Assembly: GCA_905250065.1 (NCBI GenBank) | Contig: CAJNON010000274.1 | Span: 11,639 to 33,751 of the forward strand | Direction: 5' to 3' | Source: Adineta steineri | Lineage: Eukaryota | Length of the DNA: 22,113 nucleotides | Shown: positions 10,669 through 22,113 of the stretch, piece after piece | How the letters are laid out: the number at the start of each line of letters is the position of its first letter | How positions within the stretch are numbered: position 1 is the stretch's first letter | Notes under the pieces: generated by a model | Told to the model about the DNA's origin: nothing | What the model saw: the letters and a program-made list of their open reading frames with translations, nothing else | The model's database searches: none | Translations under genes and position numbers: made by a program

Positions 10669-11679
10669 TTAGTGGCAAAATTTCTTTAATATACCGGGCT
10701 TAATAAGATCAAATAGTGCATCTCGAAATATAATTCCACCAGTTAATGTATAAATATAAAATGGCATTCCGCTAGCTGTAAATGTAAAAAGTGTAAAGAA
10801 ATTAAAGATCAAAGTTTGAATAGCATATTCTAATGATTGTGGAGGTGGGCTTGCAGCAAATGATGAATATACTTTTTGAACGGCATGCGGACAAGTAAGT
10901 AAGATAAGAAAACTAACTTGAACAAAAAGCATTCTCAATAAACTTCGATCTCGTTTTCTTAGTCGTTGTTGTTCAGTTACATTCGGAGAAGCATTTCTAT
11001 TGTCTTGACTTGTTGTTGTTCCATCCATTACCTGTACTCGTCTTCGTACTTGACGTACGTTTTTGACTGTCAACAATCCAAAGACTATCATTAAAAATAA
11101 TGGTAATAATGTTGAACCAAATGCATAGATTAAATCTGTCGTCAAACGACAGGCATATGTTGAACCATAACATCCACGTATAGTATCGGTAAGATTAGCT
11201 TGATAGCAGAAAATGATTGGAGCATTGATAACACATGTATAAATAAAAGCAATACATATACTTCGTTGAACATTTTTCATATTGCTCATATGTCGAAAAT
11301 GTACATTAACACTAGATAATAACCAACGATCAATCGTAGCTAAGACAATCATCAATAAGACCAGTGTTCTTGCACTATATAAAATAAGATTTCGAATTTT
11401 ACAAATCCATCCAACCGTCAAAGTTAAATCAACTGAATAACCAGACATCATTCGACTAGTAAGTCCACTAACAATAACAATACAACCAGCAATTGATGAG
11501 AAAAGAAAGAAAATAGCTGATGGAGTTGAACGAAGATTTCGTTGACCAAGAACAAGAACATTAAGACAGTTCCCGACTAAACCAAAAGCATAGATAAAAA
11601 TAGGTATATAACGAAGAATAATATTCGATACATTGTTTACGGATGCAATAAGATCTGCACTTGTATTTGAAGACGACAT
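10669..11679 (-). CDS. Rhodopsin-like 7TM receptor, single exon, 336 aa
   Basis: Intact ATG-initiated ORF with a glycosylatable N-terminus, TM1 containing GNxxNVLVL (YAFGLVGNCLNVLVLGQRNLRST), DRW at the DRY position (IVLATIDRWLLSS), TM6 with LLTCPH and seven hydrophobic helices. Confidence 0.88.
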   Translation of the reverse strand: MSSSNTSADLIASVNNVSNIILRYIPIFIYAFGLVGNCLNVLVLGQRNLRSTPSAIFFLFSSIAGCIVIVSGLTSRMMSGYSVDLTLTVGWICKIRNLILYSARTLVLLMIVLATIDRWLLSSVNVHFRHMSNMKNVQRSICIAFIYTCVINAPIIFCYQANLTDTIRGCYGSTYACRLTTDLIYAFGSTLLPLFLMIVFGLLTVKNVRQVRRRVQVMDGTTTSQDNRNASPNVTEQQRLRKRDRSLLRMLFVQVSFLILLTCPHAVQKVYSSFAASPPPQSLEYAIQTLIFNFFTLFTFTASGMPFYIYTLTGGIIFRDALFDLIKPGILKKFCH

Positions 11680-12276
11680 TTTATGTATAGCTAAATAAAA
11701 TGTAAGCTGTTAAAAACTGAAAAAGATGCCTGCGACAAATGATAGAATTCATCTACGTATCAGTGGGTGTGCATGTCTTTGTATTAAGCCGCCAAAGAAT
11801 ATAGAAGAAGATTTTATAATGAGATTTTACATTTGTTCTTAACAAGAAAATATTTTAATCATCTAGAACAACCTTACAGGATGTATGGCACATTGATATA
11901 AGGAAAGAAAAAGTCAATGCAGAATTAATTAAAACTAATTTTGTTGACATTTTTTTACAAATGAAAACTATTTCTACTAGAACTCCAACTGTCAAATAAC
12001 TTCCTCGGCGATGAGATACGCAGTATAGTACCTAGAATGAATTGAATTTATAAGCTTATAAGGATTTTTATTTTCTTTGCAGCATGGCAAGATACGTTAG
12101 AGGGTAAATTTTTAATAATGTGATTCACATCAAATTAAATTTATTCAAAAGTGAATAAATCAAGATGGAGAATTGTTATGATAATAAACATTTTTTATAT
12201 TGAAAACAATTCATCATTTTTTTGTTTTCTTTTTTTGTAAATATCTAAAAGAAAAAAATTTGAAGTAATACAAAGA

Positions 12277-14371
12277 TTAATAACAAAATACTTTTTCTAT
12301 TTGATTATTATTTTGAAATTTATCTTCATTTTCTATTATTTCACCAAACCAAATATTAAGTTTATTATCCACATCTGTAAATGTAAAATTTCGTTGAGAT
12401 TGTATAGGTAAAATTTCATTCAAAAATATTTCTTTCCATATATTATATCGATTTTTCTCATCTTCATCTTCATCTTCAGTAATATTATTACTGAAAAAAT
12501 ATTTTATTTGAAGACTTGATAAATTCTTCCATGGTAAAGTATATTTATCCAATTGATAACATAATTCCGGATAATGAACATACATAGAAATATGTTTAAT
12601 AGAAGGAAATAAATAAGAGAAAATTGGTTTTAATCCACTTGGTAATCGATTATCATTAGTTTTATGCAGAGCAGGTAACTAGATATGAATATAAAAAAAT
12701 ATTGACTATTAATTAAAATTTAATTTCTTACTTCAATTGAATTAATTCGTGAATTTCCTTTTTTAATTTGTAACCAAGAATCTTTCTTTGGCCAAGAATT
12801 TAAAATAATTTTAAAAACATTTGGCATATATTCAAGTAAATCAAGTATTTGTTTATAATCTACTATCCAACTACACAATAAATCAAGTTTAATTATTTTA
12901 ATAGAATTTAAATTTAATTTATCAGTTAACCATGAAATACTATCGAATTTATTTTGAATAATAATATCTAATATTTCAATATATTCATAACGATGAGAAT
13001 CTAATAAAATATCATAATTATTATTTTTATCGATTAAACAACTATTATCAAATCTATGAATATGTGAAGTAAGATATTCGAATGAAGGTGACGTTGTATC
13101 AATAATCGATTGTGATAATTTAATTGTTGTATTAAAACAAGGTACAGTAAATAATTCTAAATTATTCGAATATTGACAATGACATAGTGCAACAAACCAT
13201 TTTTTATCTTCAAGCCAAAATTGTGTACGAAATGTATTTAATGATAAACTTTTTTTATATGAATACTTGAAATAAAAATCAAATTTGATTAAATAAGAAA
13301 ATGATTGAGATAAAAATATTTTCCATTGATCACCATTAAAAATAAGTTCATCAGTACTTGCATTACATTTAATTTGAAGATGTTTTAATTTTGATAATGT
13401 ATCTAGACCAATTTCTACGATTAAATAATGAAATGTTAAATCTATAACAAAACAAAAAAAAAGGAAATAAATTATTTGTTTTGTATTTATTACTTTGACA
13501 TGAAAATATAAGTTGTTTTAAATTTGGTACAAGACGAAAATTTGGTGATGATGTATTTTTATCTATTTCACATTCAATAATTAATGAAATTAATTGTGGT
13601 GTTAAATGTAAGAGATGATTTAATGATGTTCGCGATAAATCTTTTAATTTAATTCCACGAAGACAAGTCCATTGTTGACGGTAGAAATTACTGTCGATCT
13701 ATGAAAAATAAAATTAACAAAATTTTAAAGATAATAGGGAAGAATTATATCTATCTCTCAAGAAACTCTAACTCATTTAAACTGAAAATTTATATATATA
13801 TACATGCATCATACAAACAATTTGATTTCCAATATTGTAATTTATTTGATAATGAACTAATATTTAATTGTTCACAATTATTGAGTTTGATTAAACAATG
13901 ACTATTGAGTTGATTAAATGCTGATATAAAACAATCATCAATATCGATTAAACTTATTTGATTAAGATATAATAAACGTAAATTTTGAAATTGTTTAAAC
14001 GCTTCGATTAGTTGTATGTATTCAGTTTTTTTCATTTGAATACAATGAAGAGTTAAAGAATATAAATTATTAAATAAATAAAATGATGATGAATATTTTG
14101 AAAGAAAAAGATTAAATTGACCACCGGTTAATTCTCCATTTGATAATGTTAATGAAATAATTTTATTGAATTCGATATTTGATAAAATGTAATCAAATTT
14201 TTCTCTTGTAGATGAAATAAAATTTAATGAATATTTATTATAGGATTTTAAAATATTATTTATATAAAAACTTGTATTTAAAAATGATAGAAATATATCA
14301 TTACCAGGTAAATATTGAAATATCATAAGAATTAATTCGACTGGTAAACGATCAAAAGCAAAAAACAACAT
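12277..14371 (-). CDS. F-box-like, leucine-rich protein; four-exon model 14371..13815, 13690(or 13698)..13494, 13441..12732, 12678..12277
   Basis: The N-terminus (MLFFAFDRLPVELILMIFQYLPGNDIFLSFLNTSFYINNIL) matches the F-box pattern (LPxELxLxIFxYL). Exons 2-3 join in frame (SCQN-LTFHYLIVEIGLDTLSKL) and exons 3-4 join in frame (GNSRINSIE-LPALHKTNDNRLPSGLK), each across a 52-53 nt GT-AG intron. It contains FRTQFWLEDKKWFVALCHC, similar in type to FSSLFWYDRKWFFKYQ in the left-edge gene. The exon 1/2 junction is uncertain. Confidence 0.7.
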
Positions 14372-16082
14372 TTGAAATCGTTTGTATATTGATGATGTGT
14401 CAAATAAAAAAGTAGTGAAAAGGTCTAATAATCGAAATAATTAACAAAAGAACTAACCTTCAGATGAAGGAAAAAGAACAAGGACAACATTTATCAAACT
14501 ATTAAAATAATATGAAATAAAGATAGAGAATGAGAAGGTTATCTTATCAAAGAGAAAAAGAAACGAAGTCTAATACATTATTTATTCTATTATGTACGTA
14601 TTTGATTAAATCTCAATATGTGGAGTGTATATTTCAGTCATTGTAACTAGATTATTTTTAAGTTTTATTGATGAAAATTCAATGAATTAATTACTGAAAT
14701 ATTTATAATTGATTTTAGTCATTAGTAGCATGCAATTACCTCGCGGAATTATGAGTGATTATTTTAGAAGTGAATATGAAAATAAATAATAGTTTGGTTA
14801 GAAATTCATTTTACAGGTATGATATCACTGATTATTTTTTATGAAAGAACTTCTAATGGAATAAAGTTAAAAATAAAACTTACTCAAGCAGTTAAGCATA
14901 TAAACGAATTGATTAATTTATCAAAAAACTAATATATTCAAAATATTAGCTATTCTATATCAGATATTTTCAAGAAAAGAGTTTGAGAACTCTAAAAGAA
15001 TTTTGTTGACAGTATTTAGCTTTCTCTAGGTACAACTTCGTTTGATGGTATATATATATATCCAAATTATTGAATAAAAGCTTCAGGAGTCTATATTTTA
15101 AAGAAGTTCTTTTTTCATCTTTTGGATATGACAGTATATAATACAAATCATAAAGACTAACTACGATCGAAAAGACCTTTTCTCTCTTCATTCAATAAAC
15201 TTTGGAATTGAGTCAGTTATCAGTGTAATATGTGCCTTGCTCATTCCACAATCTCTGACACGATACGTGATAGTTTTGTCTTGATTACATCGAATCATGT
15301 CGAATGTGTTGGGAATAAATGTCATATTTGTATGGTTTTGTAAAAGAAAAACAAGAATCAATGCTGATATTTGATTTTTTTTATCGCATTTATTCTTATA
15401 AAACATGTCAGACTTTAAGAGTATATCTATTAGAAAAATAAAAAGTGCTACTCCAATCAAATAGTTCTTTTTATCATAACTCGATTTTGAATCTATTTTA
15501 TATCTAATATTTTATTTACGTCTTGTTCTTTTTATCAATCCTATACCTGAATCGATTAATATATCATGAACGCTCTATTATTACCTATTTAGTATTGTTT
15601 TGATACGCTTGAACGACTTATGAGAAATGTATGAGTATCTTTCATGGTTAATGGATGTTGATTTGAAAAAAAATACTTTGTTTTTTTATTTTCTGAAATA
15701 TTATTTGCTTTCTCCCTAACATTTAGTAACTTATTATCACGCGTATAAAATAAAACAATTTTACTTATATATGTAGAAACAATATGTTAAAAAATGACCT
15801 TTTCTTCGTTGTCGATTACAATGCTTTATGAATGTTTATAGCTTTTATGACTCAATACTGTTTATCACAGAATCTTATGACAATACTTAAATCTTACTGA
15901 AATTTTATACCTAGATTCAAATTACAGGTTATTTGTGTTTTTGTCAACTCTTCATAAGTTTTTCAAGGAATATCTCGCTGTTTTCTTTTGAACAAAATAG
16001 ATTTTCAATATAAAGTATTTATTAAACTATTTCTCTTTAAAACTACATAGAACATAAAATATCATATAAGTTCTTTTCAATT

Positions 16083-18653
16083 TTATACATCTTCACGCAT
16101 TTTTAAATTTTCATTTAATAATTGATCTTCATTTAAATCTTGATCATCTATATTATCAATTTGTACTTTTCGTTTCGGCGTTCGTTTATCAGCACGAATA
16201 CGAATACTAAATATATTTAATTAAATCCTTAAATATTTATCAATTAAAAAAAATACATACCAACTTAAACCCATTTGTTCAGTATCTTCAATTGTTTGTG
16301 GTAATGTTTTATTTAATGTTTCAGGTAACATTAAAACAAGAAACGCTGCTATAAGTGATAAAATACCAAATAAAACAACTGGAAGATTAATCCATACTCG
16401 AGTCTATATAACATATTTATATCAAATAAATAACTTAAAATAGAATTAATACATACTAGCATATCATTACTTGTTGTTCCAACAATTGCACCAATTCCTA
16501 TTCAAATAAATTTATTTATATTTTCAAATAGAAAGAATCCTTACGTGCAACCATTGAACAAATACCCATTCCAGTATTTCTTATACCTGTTGGAAATAAT
16601 TCATTTGCATAAATATAAATAATTGCATAACTACCAGCTGCAAAAAATTTTAATAAAACATTCATTATAAATATAAGTATTTTTTGTTCTAAATAATAAT
16701 TAAATAGAATAATTTAGATGAATATAATATTTAATTTTACTTGGATTATTTTTTAATATATAATTTTGAACAGGAATTGTTAATAATGCAATTATAGAAA
16801 AACAAAGAACAGCAATAAAATATGGTCGTTTTCTTCCAATACGATTAAGAACAAGATGTAAAACAATATAAGATAATATTTCAACAAATGCTGAGATTGC
16901 AAATGACACTATACATCAAATAATAATAGAAAAATTGAAATATTATATTTTTATATCTTACAATAAGGATCAAAGCCCCAATTTCCAGTACTTTGAGAGA
17001 TTCCATAAAAAACTAAATTTTGAACAAACCTTAACAACAACAAAAAATCAGTAAAAATAAACATTGGAAAAGCTTTTACCATTGAAAAAATAAATTAATA
17101 GATATAATACACATTATTTTTGACTGAAACAATCCTAAAATACCGATTTGATGAGATTTTTCTTTTGAATTCTATCATAAAAATGAAAGTTTTTAGTTAG
17201 ATATAAATTTTCAAGAATATTATGATTATACTTACTAGTTGTTGTTCATCTATTAATTGTTGAAATGCTTCTTCATCAAATGTTCGATTATTAGTCTTGG
17301 CAATCTTTCGTAATAATAATTCAGCCTGTTTATAATGTCCTTTACTAATCATCCATCGAGCTGATTCTGGTAATACACTAAGAAAATTTAAATATATAAA
17401 TATATAAAAAAGTTTTTATTGACTTACAAATAAAAAAATGTAAATGGTATCGTAAATAATGATAAAGTAAATGTTAAACGTCTCCATTCACGAATAAAAT
17501 AAGCAAAAGTAACCAGAAATAATTGTCCAAAAGCAAAAAAATATTGAACAATTATTGCTGTTAGAAATTTATTTTTTGGACCAACTAATTCCGTTGCTAA
17601 ATAAAATAATCAATGCTTTATTTTTAACTTTTTTCAAAATATTTATATTTACCTAACACAAATCCAGTTACAGCAATACCTCTTGTTGAACAAGCCAATA
17701 TAAAACGACTGATTGTATAGACTAAATAACTTGGCCAAAATCCAAATTTATCTTTTTGTGGAAAAAAAGCACAAATAAATCCTGTACACGCCATTAATAT
17801 TATACATATACTCATAATAGGACGACGACCATATCTTTAGAAACAAGAAAGATACATAACATTGTAATCACTCAATATCGCAAATTCAACTAAATGACAT
17901 TCATGACCTGACTTATTCAATATATTTTTTACTACCTTGAACATGTCTTGATCTATTACAAAAATTGATAGAAAATATTTTAAAGTCTTTCAATCATGCA
18001 AGAGTAAAACATAATACTGTATAATTTATATGATTATCGAACTTTCCTTTTCAATATAATGAAAGAAACATACTTATCAGCCATGATACCAAAGAAAATT
18101 GATCCAACCATATAACCAAAAAAGAATATATTTTGTACTGCTGAACGAAATACAGTTCGATCACAAACCATTGACCACTAAGAAGAAGAAAAAACTATAC
18201 AAATTCTTTTATTTCATTAATAAGAAAATTCTAACTTCTTCAACAAGTGTATAATCATAATATTTTTGATCAAAAACATAATTATTACATGGTTGAATTT
18301 TTTCCATTCCTGTATTTGAAATTGTTTTCATGTAACATCTTTGACATTCTTTAACAGATATTTTCATATTTGCTTTACAATAAGCTTCATCAGGTTGACT
18401 TTGATTATATGATAATGAAGATTGACGAATATTAAAATCAGCATCATTATCGTATAGTTTACATCGAAATGATGGTGTAGCAGCAGCAAATGACCATGTA
18501 TAAACCATAACTGAATTAATAGATTAAGTTTACTTTAGTATATTTAATATACTTACTAGGTGGTAACATATATGTTAAACATATGCAAAAATATCTTAAT
18601 TTTTGGTATCGACCAAAATCATTAACTGTATGTAAAAAATCGTCGAATTTCAT
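16083..18653 (-). CDS. SLC22/organic cation transporter-like major facilitator, multi-exon, with an apparent one-base frameshift in exon 3 (possible pseudogene or sequence error)
   Basis: Starts MKFDDFLHTVNDFGRYQKLRYFCICLTYMLPP-I-MVYTWSFAAATPSFRC. Later exons encode CNNYVFDQKYYDYTLVEE-WSMVCDRTVFRSAVQNIFF, GYMVGSIFFGIMADKYGRRPIMSICIILMA, ATELVGPKNKFLTAIIVQYFFAFGQ, VLPESARWMISKGQYKQAELLLRKIAK, FVQNLVFYGISQSTGNWGFDPYLSFAISAFVEILSYIVLHLVLNRIGRKRPYFIAV, NELFPTGIRNTGMGICSMVARIGAIVG and LPETLNKTLPQTIEDTEQM. These match SLC22 signature regions (extracellular Cys loop, VCD, GRR, LPESxRW, NELxPTxxRNxGxG, LPET). Well-resolved exons: 18557..18653, 18236..18510, 18074..18178, 17653..17834, 17428..17596. 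Middle exons (17000-17380) are approximate. Stop TAA at 16083..16085. Confidence 0.88.
18118..18124 (-). other. Frameshift site: a seven-base homopolymer (A7 on +, T7 in the coding strand) in SLC22-like exon 3
   Basis: Upstream of the run the frame reads WSMVCDRTVFRSAVQNIFF. Downstream, the conserved GYMVGSIFFGIMADK is in a different frame. A T6 run would restore FFFGYMVG. With T7 the frame continues WLYGWINFLWYHG*. Confidence 0.7.
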
Positions 18654-20516
18654 TTATTAATTCTGTTTTTCTTCAAAAAGAAAAAAAATATATATTATAG
18701 AACTAATATAACTCTAGTTTTTCTGCAGTTCAATCTATTGTATTTATGTGGGACATAGATGGATCTTGTTATTCTTTACGATTTGGCAAGTGATATTTGA
18801 AACTTAATATGATATAATAGAGAAGATAGAAAAAAAGACTAATATATAAAACATTACTCAGTAGTCGACTGTATGCGTGAAGAGAGAGAGAAGAAAGAGA
18901 ACAGTCTTATATATAACTACACTTTATTCATGGTCACCAGCATACTTTATATTTGCCAAATAATCATATCAACATGCATTTTATTGATGAATATATTGGA
19001 AGGAATAGAAGAGAAAAAGAGAGAGGTACAAACAAGTTTCAAGGTAAAAAATATATTACCTTATCAAACGTGTGATTAAAAAATTTGACACGTATTAATA
19101 TTTTGACTGCATGGTTTGAAAGAAAATTATTTTATCTTTATGCAAATTATACATTTTCATAAGAAACTATACTAATAAATTCTACTGGAGTTCACTTTTG
19201 ATACTTTTCTCAATTAATTTTGGGTAGAAAAAAATAAATTGATTGATGGGAGGAAGATTTCCAATTCAACGATTTTCGATTTTCTCTTTTTAATATGATT
19301 GAGAAAGGAACTTATTGATGTAGTTCAAATTTCAGAACAACTTTCGTTCTATTATTCTATGAAAAGAACTTGATTATGATCAGGATAAAAATGCCATTAG
19401 ATTATTTAGTCTCCAAAACTTTGTCACTTTTCAAACAAAAACAACAGCATTTGAGAAAAATCTTGAGTTACTTTTGTTGTGATCTATGGATTTACAAATC
19501 TTGAAAGGATTTTCATCTGAACTTAGCGAAAAGCATGAGAAAAATAATTCATTCATTGATGTAGGTTGCTAACAGTATTCCGTAAATTTAATTTTGAATA
19601 TTACTGTTTTCGACATAAACCTGAAAATTTCTTAATTGATTCCTCATATTTTGTTGAGAGTTGAATTTAAGGACAGTAAAATAGATGAAATAACCAATAA
19701 ATTATTAAAACGATCAGTTATTAAGTGATTAGATGGATAAATAAAAAAACAATTTTTACAGGAAGAATCGTTGTTTTAAATTTCTCATATTGCTCTTTAT
19801 TTGAAAAATAAAAGGAAAGAAGTTTCTTGATTTATTTTGTTATCATTATCTTTGTCTTTGATTATATATAAATAGCTGACATTTTTCAAATGAAAATAAC
19901 ACATTTTTCATTTACAAAATTTGATGTATCCTTCCTATGAAGAGAATGATATGATGTATACGTACATACAATTAAATTGAAGCTAAGAGAAGTGCCTAAA
20001 ACAGGAAAACGTAGGCATATGATTTCACAGACAAGAAGTTATAAGATTATCGGTATGGTACTAGCCACTTAAATAATTGCCTTTTTTTGACTTTTATGGT
20101 GATATGATTTTATTAGATAGTTCATGAGAATTGTATACTTTGATATTAATGATTGCAGAGGAGAAAATCATACTGATCCAACGATTTTTATTTGCTTGTT
20201 AATATTTCATACGGATCTCTCTAACTATTTTTTATATACTTTATGAGCGAGTTTAGTTATTCTTCTGTTGACTATTCCATCGATATTGAATTAGGTACGT
20301 ACATGAGTTTATTTAGATCTTACAGATAGCTATCTACTTATACTCTAAATTTAATTTTACTAATAGTGAATGAAAGAGAACTCGGTTCTTGCTTAAAAGT
20401 AAAACCTTGTTCACAATACAGTTGTTCAATGTTAGTACTCATTACTACATTGAATATAGCAATGTATTCTAGAAGAATACTATGATAGTCATAATAATTA
20501 TGTAGATATTGAAAAC

Positions 20517-20540
20517 ACATGCATGCAGTGATTTATCTAG
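20517..20540 (+). repeat. Left inverted-repeat arm of a short element
   Basis: acatgcatgcagtgatttatctag. It matches the reverse complement of 20689..20712 (acatgcatgcagtgttttatctag) at 23 of 24 positions. Confidence 0.85.
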
Positions 20541-20688
20541 AGAGAGGGCAGTAATGGCGGCGCCCTTTCGGAAACCGACTTTGTCCTTTCGAAAACTGGA
20601 ACTTTTGTGCTTATAGTATGTATTTTCCTTCCAGAAATTAGGTTGTCGCCCTCCTGGAAATCGGTATCGCGCTCTCGAAGGGAAAAAC

Positions 20689-20712
20689 CTAGATAAAACA
20701 CTGCATGCATGT
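20689..20712 (-). repeat. Right inverted-repeat arm of a short element
   Basis: ctagataaaacactgcatgcatgt, the inverted partner of 20517..20540. Confidence 0.85.
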
Positions 20713-22113
20713 TAAATGCAAAGGTTAAACTTATATCTCGTTCCTTTACTTTTATACCATTTTCCTGTAGAATCCTCAAAATGAACTTCTCATAACTATG
20801 ATTCCAATTCAATGACATTATATACTTATACTCAAAACTCGTACATTACAAACTCGTTTCAAGTGTCAAATATTATCTTATCTCTCTCTCTCTTTCCATG
20901 ATATTACTTTCTCCATTCGATCATATCTAACATACTAAGTAGTTTTTTTGTCATGTGATGGAACTCGACAGGATTTTACATGAAATGTATATTGTTATAT
21001 TAATCTCTATTTAATATATAATAAAATGTTAGGTATGTTTGATTCTGTAGCAAATAATAGTCACAAGACATATCATCATCGATGAGTTGTTTCTAAGCAA
21101 AAGCAAAATCGTATGATCCTATAATGTCTTAGTATTCCAAATTTCTATTTCTAACTACATAGTTACTTGTCCATATCGGAAGAAATATGCAACAACTAGA
21201 TATTATAAATCTGACAAATGAAGTTCGATTCATCTTTTTTTCACTATATACCTTGTTGCTAAACATATATCTTATATGATCATACTAAGATCTATTCAAT
21301 GCAATTAAAAATATTTTATCATATATCTACAATATATTTCCAGTTTTCGAATTAATTTAATTTATGTTATAATATATAGGAGAATAAATAACCCGCGATG
21401 CAAAAGTATCCGTACAAATGTCAAGACCTATTGTATATAAACGGAAAGTGCTAGAAGCCTAATTCTTTCACCCATAGATAGAGCAAAGTCTGTACTTTAA
21501 AATGTGTATTTTCAAAAAAATTTGGTACGTACTTTAGAACTTAAAATTTTAAAAATTTTAATACCATCAAAAATAGCTTGTAACCAAGGTAAAATTTGGG
21601 AATTTTTTCATGCGTTCGCTTTGTGTTAGTTTTAATGCTGTAAATTTGGATATAAATAGTCGGCGGCTTCGTAGCTTTAATACTGGAAAAGTTTATGCGA
21701 AATGGATCTGTTCCTGTCGAGTTTTAAAAGCGTCTGATTATGACCAAAATATGGCAAAATTGGGGCGAGCTAATGTGTTTGCGCTCGTTCTGTATTCTGT
21801 CCTACGTGAGCTAAATGCAATGTCTTATGCTAACGTTTCATATAGATTTTTGTAGAGTTTGAAAAATCACATCTTTCGGACATTTTAAGATTTGTGACGT
21901 TACAAATTTTAGAAGTTTATCGGCAAAAACTATACAATCTATCAGTTTTGTGTAAAATGCTAACTAGTGACTAACATGATAACGCAGAAATTAGAAAATA
22001 TACTGTCAGTTGGACTAGAATTTATAGTATAGAGTGTATAGACTTCTGTCTCCAAGTTTCAACTCACTCAACTCTTTCTTTAGCCCATATAATGTAAGTT
22101 AAAATAAGAAAAA

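Larger units (their letters stand above)
20517..20712. mobile_element. Candidate ~196-bp MITE/foldback-like non-autonomous element with degenerate ~21-nt internal repeats
   Basis: 24-bp near-perfect inverted ends enclose a locally GC-richer core with recurring CC(T/C)TTCGGAAAcCG-like units. No clear target-site duplication and no protein-coding capacity. Confidence 0.45.

Noticed and set aside
14970-15460. ORFs 14970-15191 and 15188-15460 (-)
   Set aside because: No recognisable domain and no splice-consistent extension. The region looks like ordinary intergenic DNA.
18840-19080. gagagag/aagaaaga purine-rich stretch and ORF 18873-19079 (+)
   Set aside because: The start is a simple-sequence purine tract, and the ORF has no recognisable product.
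20338-20818. Minus-strand ORFs of 60 and 93 aa around the inverted-repeat element (the latter ending ...SERAPPLLPSL)
   Set aside because: The ORF simply reads through the GC-richer repeat core. It crosses both inverted arms and shows no protein family features.
20878-20895. ctctctctctctctttc tract considered as a regulatory or repeat-array signal
   Set aside because: It is a short microsatellite of the kind common in this genome type, with no array structure.
1-22113. CRISPR array, retron, toxin-antitoxin or other prokaryotic defence system
   Set aside because: Spliced eukaryotic genes dominate, no regular direct-repeat/spacer array was seen, and no bacterial-type operon is present.
1-22113. 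tRNA/rRNA genes, telomeric repeat arrays, or an autonomous transposon (reverse transcriptase or transposase ORF)
   Set aside because: By eye I found no cloverleaf-like box A/B pattern, rRNA-like conserved stretch, tandem telomere repeat or catalytic transposon motif. A tRNAscan/RepeatMasker run would be needed to exclude them fully.

Overview
This 22.1 kb window is AT-rich eukaryotic DNA. The compact genes have ~46-55 nt GT-AG introns, and the mix of gene families (F-box/LRR-like proteins, intronless rhodopsin-like GPCRs, a huge LDLa/EGF/7TM receptor) suggests an invertebrate, most likely a bdelloid rotifer; this attribution is inference. Supported content, left to right: (1) the 3' part of an F-box/LRR-family-like gene (+, two exons); (2) an intronless 330-aa 7TM receptor (-); (3) a three-exon, 111-aa single-LIM muscle LIM/CSRP-type protein (+); (4) a ~1580-aa single-exon receptor with LDL-receptor class A and EGF-like repeats and a C-terminal 7TM domain (-); (5) an intronless 336-aa rhodopsin-like 7TM receptor (-); (6) a four-exon F-box-like gene (-); (7) a multi-exon SLC22/organic cation transporter-like MFS gene (-), with a one-base frameshift at a homopolymer inside a conserved exon; (8) a largely non-coding right flank holding a ~196-bp element. 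That element has 24-bp inverted ends (23/24 identical) and a degenerate ~21-nt repeated motif inside. I see no evidence of CRISPR, rRNA, tRNA or a prokaryotic-type defence system. The best candidates for follow-up are the short inverted-repeat element at 20517-20712 and the LDLa/EGF/7TM receptor without a recognisable GPS motif.
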